Assembly: GCF_963921235.1 (NCBI RefSeq)
Contig: NC_086108.1
Coordinates: 15,500,001-15,564,000, forward strand
DNA length: 64,000 bases
Reading direction: 5' to 3'
Source of the DNA: Mobula hypostoma
Lineage: Eukaryota
Shown here: piece after piece, positions 11,215-22,920 of the stretch
Position numbering within the stretch: position 1 is the first letter of the stretch
Layout of the letters: every line of letters begins with the position of its first letter
The notes under the pieces: model-generated
The model's input: the letters and a program-made list of their open reading frames with translations, nothing else
Databases searched by the model: none
What the model was told of the DNA's origin: nothing
Made by a program: the position numbers and the translations under genes

Positions 11215-13245
11215 GGCTTGTATGAGAGGGGGAATGTTCAAAGGAGGTTTACAAATTACAACAGGAGATAGAAAATGCATGCTCAAAGGGCAATAGTCAT
11301 GGGGGATTTCAATATGCAGGTAATTTGGGAAAATCAGGTTGGTGCTGAATTCCAATAGGGGGAGTTTCTAGAATGCCTACGAGATGGCTTTTTAGAGGGA
11401 CTGTGGTTGAGCCTACTCGGGGATCAGCTACTCTGGTTTGGGTTGTGCAATGAACCAGAATTGATTAGGCACCTTAAAGTAAAAAAGCCCTTCGGGGCAA
11501 GTGATCATAATATGATCATATTCACCCTGAAGTTTGAAAAGGAGAAGCTAAAGTCAGATGTATCGGTATTACAGTAGAGTAAAGGGAATTACAGAGGCAT
11601 GAGAGAGGAGTTGGCCAGATTGACTGGAGAAAGAACACTGGCATGGATGATGGCAAAGCAGCAATGGCTGGAGTTTCTGGAAGCAATACACAAGCCACAG
11701 GATATGTACATCCCAAAGAGGAAGAAGTATTCTAAAGAAAACCATGGCTAATAAGAAGTCAAAGCCAACATAAAAGCCAAAGAGAGGGCATGTAATAGAG
11801 CAAAAATTAGTGAGAAGTTAGAGGATTGGGAAGCTTTTAAAAACAGCAGAAGACAACTAAGAAATCATAAAGAAGGTAAAGAAGGAATATGAAAGTAAGC
11901 TAGCCAATAATATTCAAGAGGATAGCAAAATTTTCTTAAGATACATAAAGTGTAAAAGAGAGGCAGGAGTGGATATCATACCGTTGGAAAATGATGTTGG
12001 AGAAGTAGTAATGGGGAACAGGAAATGGTGGATGAACTGAATGAGTATTTTGCATCAGTGTTCACTGTGGAAGACACTAACAGTGTGCTGGAAGTTCCAG
12101 GAGTCAGGGGTCAAAAAGTGTATGAAGTTACCGTTACTAGAGAGAAGTTTCTTGGGGAACTGAAAGGTCTGAAGGTAGACAAATCACCTGAACCAGATGG
12201 ACTTACACCCCTGGTTTCTGAAAGAGGTAGCTGAAGAGATTGTGGAGGCATTAATAGTGATCTCCCAAGAATCACTGGATTCTAGAATGGTTCTGGAAGA
12301 CTGGAAAATTGCAAATGTCACTCCACTCTTCAAGAAGGAAAAGAGGCAGAAGAGAGGACATTATAGACCAGTTAGTCTAACCTCAGTGGTTGGGAAGATG
12401 TTGGAGTTGATTATTAAGGATGAAGTCCCAAGTTACTTGGAGGCACATGATAAAATAGGCCATGGTGAGCATAGTTTCCTCAAGGGAAATGTTGCCTGAC
12501 AAATCTGTTGGAATTCTTTGAAGAAATAACAAACAGGATAGACAAAGGACTATTGGTTGATGTTGTGTACTTGGATTTTCAGAAGGCCTCTGACAAGGTG
12601 CTTAACAAGCTAGGAGCCCATGGTATTACAGGATAGATACCATGTAATCTGTGGCTGATTGACAGGAGGCAAAGAGTGGGAATAAAGGGAGCCTTTTGTG
12701 GTTGGCTACCAGTGACTAATGGTGTTTCACAGTGGTCTTGTGTTGGGTCCAATTTTTTTTTGCGTGATATGACAATGATTTGGATGATGGAATTGATGGC
12801 CTTTTTGCAAAGTTTGCAGACGATATGAAGGTAGGTAGAGGGGGCAGGTAGTTTTGAGGAAGTAGAGGGGCTACAGACAGATTAGGATAATAGACAAAGA
12901 AGTGTATAGTCATGCACTTTGGTAGAAGAAATGAAAGGGTTGACTATTTTCTAAATGGAGAGAAAATACAAAAAAACTGAGGTGCAGAGGGACTTGGGAG
13001 TACTTGTGCAGGATTCCCTAAAGGTGAATTTGCAGGGGTGAAGAAAGCAAATGCAATGTTAGCATTCATTTCAAGAGGACTAGAATATAAAAGCAAAGAT
13101 GTAATGTTGAGACCTTATAAAGTACTGGTGAGGCCTCACGTGGAGTATTTTGAGCAGTTTTGGGCCCTTTATGTTAAAAAGGATGTGCTGAAACTAGAGG
13201 GGGTTCAAAGGTGGTTTACGAAAATGATTTCAGAATTGAAGAATT
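11215..13245 (+). mobile_element. CR1 LINE (older subfamily), degraded endonuclease + RT
   Basis: VMGDFN endonuclease motif near 11300. ORFs 12025-12499 (EYFASVFT, DWKIANVTPLFKK, HYRPVSLTS) and 13038-13307. Confidence 0.9.
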
Positions 13246-13249
13246 TCAG

Positions 13250-13408
13250 AATTCAGTTCTGGGGGAGGAGTTTGGCTGCTCGGGGTGCTCGATGCTTTTT
13301 TTCGTAACAGTGAAAACACCTTCTGTTAGCAAAAACAGGTAACTAATGTAGGTCTTTTGTAACAGTGAGGTTTCGTAAAGCGAACATTCGAAAAGCGGGG
13401 GACACCTG
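13250..13408. mobile_element. Tc1/mariner Tigger-like element terminus
   Basis: Ends ...tcgtaaagcgaacattcgaaaagcgggggacacctg|TA, a Tigger-style CAG terminus next to TA. The opposite TIR was not found. Confidence 0.55.
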
Positions 13409-14760
13409 TAAACTAATAACCTCTCGTTTGTTCTACCTGTACATGGTTCATATCCTTTCATTCTCTGCACATTCATGTTGCTATTGAAGCTGTATTTGCA
13501 TCCAGTATGTAATCTAGGCACCCACCACTCTCTGTGTGAGAGAAAAAACTTGCCCCATGCTGCACCTTTGAACTTTCCCCTCTCACCTTAAACGCAGTCC
13601 TCTAGTATTTCTCATCTCAAACCTAGGAAAAGTTGTCTATCACCTCTGACTATGCCTATCATAATTTTATGAATTTCTATTAGATTAAAAACACTTAATT
13701 ATAATGCACTTTTCCCAGCAGCAGGATATCCCTATGAGTCCATCAAATCCTTATTGTTGTGTACTGCTGAAGGATATTTGAATCACTGTACTTCCTAATC
13801 CTGGATTTACTTTCAGTTTTCTGCTCACTTTCATGCCATTGGCTTTAAAATAACAATACACCCGAGAAAACTAATAAAAGCAGTTCCTGAGGATATTCAT
13901 TCAACATCATTCACCTTTGCCAGTTATGTTTTTAGTGGTCCAATTTAACCTATGGTACAGTAGGAGCTATGAAGATAATTACAAACCGTTGTAATTTATG
14001 CACTAAGAAACTAAGGAAACATTAAAATGCAGGTTAACTAGGGAATTTTACCTGAATTAATTTAACATGGTGTTAGAGTGAAACACCTACCCCTCTTAGA
14101 GTGTCAATTAACTAAGATCTTACTGAATCAGCATGGAGCTGACTGCTCGGGGCTTTATCTGTTAATTACTGCTAAGCTCTGAGATCAGTTTCTGAGAAAG
14201 GCAGGCTTCTAAAATCAGGAGGAGTTTAAGTAATCACCTCTCTGCACAATCTGATGATCTCCGTGCTGAAGGAGATTCAAAAAGCACACAAAATTCTCAG
14301 CATAGCCATGATTCAAAGAACAGGAATCTTTGTCAATTTTACAATCATCTTATTATCACCATACAACATGAAATGTAATTACTGCAGGTCAGTGTGGGGA
14401 GGTATTGCTGAGGTAAATCTCTGCCAGTACATTAACGTTGCACTGTCTTCAACTGTGATGTACTCAGCAGCTGTTTTCTTGGGTTGAACGATGACTGATG
14501 GGAGTCATTTGAAGGAATGCATGAGTAGAACAGTTTATATACAGCAGTTACCTGTGCAAATGGAAGTCAGCACTACATTCCAGCTCCAGTGCTCATTTCA
14601 TTTTGCAAAAGATAGATACTAGTATAGATTCCATGATTACAACTTCAGCTCATCACTCTCGACACAATTCAGCAGTGACTGGGAATTTTCAGGTTACAGA
14701 GTCATAGAAACAGGCTCCTCGGCCCACCCTGTCCTCTTAAACCATGATGCCCACCAAGTT

Positions 14761-17700
14761 ACACACACAGAAAATGCTGGTGGAACGCACCAGGCCAGAC
14801 AGCATACTTAGGAAGAAGCACAGTCCACGTTTTGGGCTGAGTCCCTTCGTCAGGACTAATTGAAAGAAGAGATAGTAAGAGATTTGAAAGTGGGAGGGGG
14901 AGATCCGAAATGGTAGGAGAAGACAGGAGGGGGAGGGATGAAACTAAGACCTGGAAAGTTGATTGGCAAAAGGGATACAAGGCTGGAGAAGGGAGAGGAT
15001 CATGGGATGGGAGGCCTAGGGAGAAAGAAAGGGGGAGGGGAGCACCAGAGGAAGATGGAGAGCAGGCAAGGAGTTATTGTGAGAGGGACAGAGAGAGGAA
15101 AAAAAGAGTAAAAAAAAAAGGAGGAAAATAAACAAACAAATAAATAAATAAATAAATAAGGGATGGGGTAAGAAGGGGAGGAGGGGCTTTAATGGAAGTT
15201 GGAGAAGTCAATGTTCATGTCATCAGGTTGGAGGCTACCCAGATGGAATATAACGTGTTGTTCCTCCAACCTGAGTGTGGCTTCATCTTGACAGTAGAGG
15301 AGGCCATGGATAGACATATCAGAATGGGAATAGGGCGTGGAATTAAAATGTGTGGCCACTCAGAGATCCTGCTTTCTCTGGTGGACAGAGCGTAGGTGTT
15401 CAGCAAAATGGTCTTCCAGTCTGCACTGGGTCTCACCAATATATAGAAGGCTGCACTGGGAGCACCGGATGCAGTATATCACACCAGGCGACTCACAGGT
15501 AAAGTGTCGCCTCACCTGGAAGGACTGTCTGGGGCCCTGAATGGTGGTGAGGGAGGAAGTGTAAGGGCATGTGTAGCACTTGTTCCGCTTACAAGGATAA
15601 GTGCCGGGAGGGACATCGGTGGGAAGGGATGGGGGGGACGAATGGACAAGGGAGAAAGCAGAAAGAGGTGGGGAGGGAAAGATGTGCTTGGTGGTGGGAT
15701 CTCTTTGGAGGTGGCGCGTGCCAGAGTTTACGGAGAATTATATGTTGGACCCGGAGGCTGCTGGGGTGGTAGGTGAGGACAACCCTTTCCCTAGTGGGGT
15801 GACGGGAGGATGGCGTAAGAGCAGATGTGCGTGAAATGGTAGAGATGAGTTTGAGAGCAGAGTTGATGGTGGAGGAAGGGAAGCCCCTTTCTTTAAAAAG
15901 GGAAGACATCTCCTTCGTCCTGGAATGAAAGGCCTCATCCTGAGAGCAGATGTGGTGGAGACGGAGGAATTGCGAGAAAGGGATAGCATTTTTGCAAGAG
16001 ACAGGGTGCGAAGAGGAATCGTCCAGGTAGCTGTGAGAGTCAGTAGGCTTATAGTAGACACCAATAGATAAGCTGTCTCCAGAGATAGAGACAGAAAGAT
16101 CAAGAAAGGGGAGGGAGGTGTCGGAAATGGACCAGGTAAATTTGAGGACAGGGTGAAAGTTGGAGGCAAAGTTAATGAAGTCAATGAGCTCAGCATGCGT
16201 GCGGGAAGCAGCGCCAATGCAGTCGTCATGTAACAAAGGAAAAGTGGGGGACCGATACCACTATAGGCTTGGAACATGGACTGTTCCACAAAGCCAACAA
16301 AAAGGCAGGCATGGCTGGGACCCATATGGGTGCCAGTGACTACACCTTTAGTTTGGAGGAAGTGGGAGGAGCCAAAGGAGAAATTATTAAGAGTAAGGAC
16401 TAATTCTGCTAGACAGAGGAGAGTGGTGGTAGAGGGGAACTGGTTAGGTCTGGAATCCAAAAAGAAGCAGAGAGCTTTGAGACCTTCCTGGTGGGGGATG
16501 GAGTTATATAGGGACTGGACATCCATGGTGAAAATAAGGCAGTGGGGGCCAGGGAACTTAAAATCATTGAAAAAAATCCAGAGCGTGAGAAGTGTCACGA
16601 ACATAGGTGGGAAGGGATTGAACAAGGGGGGATAAAACAGTGTCGAGGTATGCAGAAATGAGTTCGGTGGGACAGGAGCAAGCTGAGACAATGGGTCTAT
16701 CTGGACAGGCAGGTTTGTGGATCTTGGGTAGGAGGTAGAAACGGGAAGTGCGGGGTGTGGGAACTATGAGGTTGGTGGCAGTGGATGGGAGATCCCCAGA
16801 GCTGATAAGGTTGGTGATGATGTGGGAGACAATGGCCTGGTGCTTCTTGGTGGGGTCATGATCGAGGAGTAAATAAGAGGAGGTATCCGCGAGTTGTCGC
16901 TCTGCCTCGGAAAGGTAGAGGTCAGTACACCAGATTACAACAGCACCCCCCTTATCAGCGGGTTTTATAGTAAGGTTAGGATTGGTGCAGAGGGAGTGGA
17001 GAGCAGAGCGTTCGGAAGGAGTGAGGTTGGAATGGGAACAAGGTGTGAAGTCGAGACGGTTGATGTCCTGTCGGCAGTTAGCAATAAAGAGATCCAGAGC
17101 AGACAGAAGACCAGAGCGGGGTGTCCATGAAAAGGAGGAGGGTTGAGGACGGGAGAAGGGGTCATCGGTGGGGGTAGGAGAGTCCTTGCCGAAGAAGTGG
17201 GCTCAAAGACAGAGCCGGCGGAAGAAGAATTCGGTGTCATGGCACATGTGGAACTCGCTGAGGTGTGGGCGAAGGTGGACAAATGTAAGGCCCTTACTGA
17301 GGACAGAGCGCTCTGCCTCAGAGAGTTGAAGGTCAGAGGGGATGGTAAAGACCCGGCATGGATGAGAGCTGGGATCAGAGGGGGAAGGGGGAGGGAAACT
17401 GGTAGTGTCAGTGGAGAAGGGAGGGTTGGGGTCAGAGGAAGATGGAGCCTTTGAGGGCGCAGGAGCTGATGATGGGATCTGAGGGAGACGGGGTTGCAGA
17501 GTGGTGGTGGGGGACCGGGGAGATGGGAGTCACAGTAGCAGCACATGAAGACCCGGCCTGGAGTCCAAGGCTGGAGTCACTGTTGGAGGTTGCGCAATCG
17601 CTTTGAAGGTGTCCATGGTCGTTGGAACCCGCATTGATGGTGCTGGAGTCCGGGTTTTGAATATGCCCCGGGTTGGTAGAGCCACCGACATTCATGCCTG

Positions 17701-17780
17701 CTAGCGTCGGAGCCAGCAGGCTCTAGGGTCTACAGATAGAAGATCTTGCGATCCTTGCCTAACATAACAAAGTCAAAGGA
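14761..17780 (-). mobile_element. Penelope-like retroelement (RT + GIY-YIG endonuclease), 5'-truncated, frameshifted
   Basis: Minus strand: [46 protein letters not shown] (frameshifted), YYKPTDSHSYL, and GIY-YIG segment FTCESPGVIYCIRCSQCSLLYIGETQCRLEDHFAEHL (~15390-15520). 3' terminal repeat at 14761-15190. Confidence 0.95.
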
Positions 17781-19075
17781 ATCCCATGTTTGGCCCATAT
17801 TCCTTTAAATCATTCATATCCATTTACTTATGCAAATCCCTTTTAAGTGTTGTTAGTGTATCTTCCTCAGGCACTGTCTCTGGCAACTCAGTCTGTGAAC
17901 ACACTATCCTCTGCATGAAATAGCTGGATCCATTTTAAATATTTCACCTCTCACTTAAAACCTATCCCCTCTAGTTTTTTAGCTCCCCTTCCCTGAGAAA
18001 AGACTATATGTGATTACACTAAATGTATCTTTCATGATGTTATATAAGGTCACCCCTCAATCTCCATTGTTCCAAGGAATAAAATCCTAATCTGCCCAAC
18101 ATCTCTTTTTAACTCGGGCCCCTCATGTCCTGGCAGTATCCTCATAAATCTTCTCTGCGCTTTTTCCCAGATTGATGTCTTTCCTATAGGAGGGTTGCCA
18201 AAATAATATGGAATATTTCAGATGTGTTCAAGCCTGATGTCAGCATGCCCTTTGAATATCAGCATACTCCTCCCTGATCTCAACCTTGTCCTTGCCCTCC
18301 TCGTTGGTGATTACAAATGCAAAATTGTTATGTAGTACCTTGCACGCATCCTCTGGCCCTTTGCATAAATTTCCTCCTTTGACTTTGAAATGGTCATATA
18401 TTCTCCCTCGTTACTGTCTTGTTTTAATGTATTACATGTATAAAGTGGCTTGGGATTTTCCTTAATCGTACTCTCCAAGGACATTTCATAGTCCTCTTTT
18501 ATTCTTCAGATTTTGTGTTTAATTTCTTTCCTTTATATTCTTCTAGGGCCATGTTTGATTTCAGCTTTTTAAATCTTACATATACTTTCTTTACCTTTTT
18601 GCAATATTTTTGCAAATTTGCAATATTTCTCATCATCCAAGGTTCCTAAACCTTCCTGTCCTCACCTATCCTCTATACAAGCAAATGCTGGTCCTTTAAA
18701 CAACTCACATGTGGACTTCCAATAATAGCTGCTCCCAATTTACTCTCCGCAGTGTCAGCCTAGGACTGTTTTAATTAAGCCTTCCCCAATATCGTTCTTT
18801 CCCTTGAGGTAGAAACATATGGTCACTATTCTCAAAATGCTCTTCCACTGAAACTCAGATCACTTGGTCTAGTATGGCTGTTTCCTTACTTGGACTATTG
18901 ACATACTGTGCCAAGAAATCCTCATGAATGCACCATGCTAGTCCAGTCCTATCTAAACCTCTAGCATCAAAGAAGTTCAAAACAATGTTGACGAAATTAA
19001 AGTCACCCACTACAACAGTACCGTTGCTTTGATATCTAAGCATAATCTGCCTAAATATCTGTTCCTCTAGCTAGG
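17781..19075 (-). mobile_element. Old CR1 LINE fragments (tail continues at 14695-14760 across the PLE)
   Basis: CR1 3' sequence resumes after the PLE. VVVGDFN endonuclease motif in ORF 18855-19043. Confidence 0.7.
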
Positions 19076-19732
19076 TATAAGGCGAGTAGAGCAGGGGGCT
19101 AAGCACAGTTTTGTGGTGCACCTGTGCAGATGGTATTCATGGAGGAGATGTTTTGCCAATCCTTGCTGATAGGGGGTCAGCAAGTGAGGAAATCGCAGAG
19201 CAGTTGCATAGAGAGGTATGGAAGCCTGGGTCTTGGAGCTTATTTATTAGTTTTGAGGGGATGATAGTATTGAATGCTCAGCGTAGTCAATGATGTATCC
19301 ATTTTCCTTGTCCAGGTGTTTTAGGGTTGAATTGGCTACTGCTGTGGATCTGTTGTGATGGTAGGCAAATTGGAGCAGATCCAATTTATTCTTCAGATAG
19401 AAGTTGATAGTGCTTCATGGCCAACCTCTCAAAGCACTTCATCACAGTGGATGTAAGTGCTTCTGAGCAAGTCATTGAAGCAGGTTACCACGTTCTTGGG
19501 TATGCATGAAACCAGTATGATTGAAAGAATATGATCTTCAGAAAAATGCTAGGCTCATTCAGCTGTGATTACACAAAGAGTTGTATATACCTGGAACCTT
19601 TCCAAAAGATTTTCAAGGATGGTGGTCAATTAAAAATTGCAATATGCAAGTACTAGAGTTTGGTTTAATAGAAAGTCAAGAAACTGCAGATGTTGTAATC
19701 TGGAATAACATTTTTCCAGAGGAAGTCTGCAA

Positions 19733-21066
19733 GTCAATTGAATTGCATTGACTTTATTTCTTATATCCTTCTCATACATGACGAGTAAAAACCTTTATGT
19801 TACGTCGCCATCTAAATGTGCAATGTACAATCATAGTACAGGTCGACCTTCACTAACCCGCCACCACTGGGACCTTTTGAGTACTGGATTAGTGAAAATG
19901 CTGAATTACAGAAGGATCACATTAAGCATAATCGGTGCCAGATTATCGAAGGAACCGGATTACAGTTAGTCGGATTAGTGAAGGTCGACTGTAATTTATA
20001 ATAAATAGAACAGTCAATGCAACATAGAGTACACTCAAATCAGTGTGAGGTTATCAGTCTGATGGCCCGGTGGAAGAAGCTGTCCCGGAGCCTGTTGGCC
20101 CTGGCTTTTACGCCTGCGGCACCATTTCCTGGATGGTAGCAGCTGGAGTACATTGTGGTTGGGGTGACTAGGGTTCCCAATGATTCTTTTTACACACCTG
20201 TCCTTGCAAATATCCTGAATCATGGGAAGTTCACAACTACAGATGTTCTGGGCTGTCTGCACCATGCTCTGCAGAGTCCTGTGATTAAGGGAGGTACAGT
20301 TCCCTTACCAGGCAGTGATGCAGCCAGCCTCTCAATTGTGCCCCTGTAGAAAGTTCTTAGGATTTGGGGGCCATGCCAAACTTCCTCAACCATCTGAGGT
20401 GAAAGAGGCGCTGTTATGTCTTTTCCATCACGCAGCCTGTGTGTACAGACCATGTGAGGTCCTTGGTGATGTGGATGCTGAGGAACTTAAAGCTGTTTAC
20501 CCTCTCAGCCCCAGAACCACTGATGTCAATAGGAGTTAGCCCATCTCCATTCCTCCTGTAATCCACAACCAGCTCCTTTGTTTTTACGACATTGAGGGAG
20601 AGGTTGTTTTTTTGACACCATTGTGTCAGAGAGATGACTTCTTCCCGGTAGGCCACCTCGTTATTGTTTGAGATAAGGCCAATCAATTTAGTGTTGTCGG
20701 CAAATTTAATTAGCAGATTAAAGCTGTGGATGGCGACACAGTCATGGGTATACAGGGAGTAAAGGAGGGGACTCAGTACACAGCTCTGAAGGGCTCCTGT
20801 ATTGAGAGTCAGAGGAGTGGAGATGAGGGAGCCGACTCTTACAACCTGCTGACAATCTGACAGGAAGTCCAGGATCCAGCTGCACAAGGCAGGGTCAAGG
20901 CCGAGGTCTCTGAGCTTCTTGTCCAACCTGGATGGAACTATGGTGTTGAATGCTGAACTGTAGTCCAAGAACAGCATTCTCATGTAAGCATCCTTCTTCT
21001 CCAGATGTGTAAGGACGGTTTGTAGAGCAGTGGCTATTGTGTCATCTGTAGATTGGTTGTGTCGGT
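19733..21066 (-). mobile_element. Rex1/Babar-clade LINE 3' portion
   Basis: ORF 20414-20983: RMLFLDYSSAFNTIVP, WILDFL, GALQSCVLSPLLYSLYTHDC, KFADNT, LNVVKTKELVVDYR. Confidence 0.9.
19839..19991. mobile_element. 153-bp Tc1/mariner (Tigger-like) MITE
   Basis: TA|CAGGTCGACCTTCACTAACCCG ... CGGATTAGTGAAGGTCGACTG|TA. Near-perfect ~21-bp TIRs and TA duplication. Confidence 0.9.
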
Positions 21067-21261
21067 TGGGGGTATATAGTTATATAACAAGCTGAACCAT
21101 GCAGGGTTTTAGCTCAAACTGTAGATAATTCCTTTGCATCTGCTCAACCCACTGAATTCCTCCAGCAAATGGATTGTTGCTGGATTAACTTGGCATGGAC
21201 ATTAAGGACTGTTGAACCACAGGTGAAGTGAGTGAGTGAGGCCTCCATCAAACAGGGTCAA

Positions 21262-21821
21262 CTCTAGATGTTGTGTCCCAGCTATCGAGATATGCAAGCC
21301 TGGGCAGTATGATATAGAGAGCAAGCTGTTGGTCATGTAGCAAGCTTCCCCTCTCCACGCATGTGATAAACCCAAAGGAACGGCAGAGACTGATAGAGAT
21401 TGGTATCAGCAGTGTCACAGGTTTTGCCAGATTAGAGTTGAACTCAATGTAGGACTGCATTAGGGACACCAGCTATGGATTTTTCCTTCAGGGTTTACTT
21501 CTGAAGCCACTCCCATGAGTGAGTATAGTCACAAGGCAGCGGAAGTCTGAGATTAGAGTTTTCCTTCTAGATGAGCTACTAACCATGAGCTGACATCTGC
21601 CCAAAGCGACTGGTCTTAAGGCACCAGTAACCTGCGTTTGCCCCTTCTCCTGTCAGTAGAAATGGTTCCACTGGGCTTACTAGCTAAACCACACATGGAA
21701 ACCAGGAGCTGGACTTGGTTGTTAGAGACTATTTGATGCATGCCATTGGGAGCATTTAATAGGTTAGGGTTAGGGTTAGTGGGAGCTTGTCCCCATTACC
21801 ACCCTCAGCTATAACAACCTT
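21262..21821 (-). mobile_element. RTE-clade 5'UTR-like non-coding element (second copy)
   Basis: Colinear with 10045-11043. Minus strand has ctagaaggaaaactct, similar to the recalled RTE 5'UTR motif. Confidence 0.6.
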
Positions 21822-22479
21822 AATGAACCCATAAAGGTGAAAAGAGAGTTAGATATAAGGGCTAAAATAAGGGGCCGATGGAAAGCATTTGGTAGGTATT
21901 TTTCAGTATCAAACCCTTTAAAGATGCACAAGCTGATGATGAAAACTTAAGGTACAAAATTCCTTAATAAAAGTCCCAGCAAGATCAACAGATGACAAGA
22001 GCAGCCAAAAATCCTTCAAAGTCATTAGAGCAGCAATTTGATGTAGGTGATACCTGGAAGCATTGGAGATATCTGGGAGTGGATTGGAAATACTAGACAC
22101 AAAAGAAAGGTATGGCTTGTGTTAGTCCCTAGTCAGCTGTCATGCTCTTGTGTCTGTGATACCTTATATAAATTTGATATGATGGGGATGTCCTGCATTG
22201 TGCCAATCAAGAATTCTGCATTGGTTTTTCTTCAACATCTTTCATGACCTATCTTGATTCTAGTTAATGAAATTGCCTCAGTGACAACAGAGAGCAAATT
22301 TCACCCTCTTTGCCCTTCCCCTATTCCTTGCTATTTGCCTGTCCATTTACAGTTTTTTGTAATTCCACTAACATAACAAGATGTGTAGGGTTATCAGTAT
22401 ATGTAAGACTCACTTAAAGAAAAACTTGCATTTTTATGGCACTTTTCACAACCTTGGGCTTTTCTGCCAGTGCATTCAA

Positions 22480-22920
22480 GAGCATATTTAGAATATTGTG
22501 TTCTGCTTTTGGGAAGGTGCTATTAAGCTGGAAAGAGTGCATAGGAGGTTGAGCAGGTTGACGTTGTAGGAAACTGAGGCATGATCTTAGAGGTATGTAA
22601 CAGTGAGGGACATTGATAGAGTCAATGTGCCCAGTCTGTTTCCCAGGACCAAGACATCAAAAATGAGAGGAATTAGGTTTAAGGTGAGAGGGGAGAGATT
22701 TAATAGGAATCTGAGGGACAACTTTATTCACCCAGAGAGTGGTTTGTATGTGGAATGAGCTTGCCAGAGACAGTGGTTGAGTCAGGCATTTTAATATAAT
22801 TTTAAAGGTACTTGGGCAGATACATGGTTAGGAAAGTCTTAGAGAGATTAAGGGTCAAATATAGGCAAATTGGAATCTTGGTTAGCAAGGAAGGGCCTAT
22901 TTCTATGTGATAATGACTTT
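22480..22920 (+). mobile_element. Old CR1 3' fragment
   Basis: Degraded CR1 ORF2 C-terminus (ttcacccagagagtgg...tggaatgagc) and tail. Confidence 0.7.
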
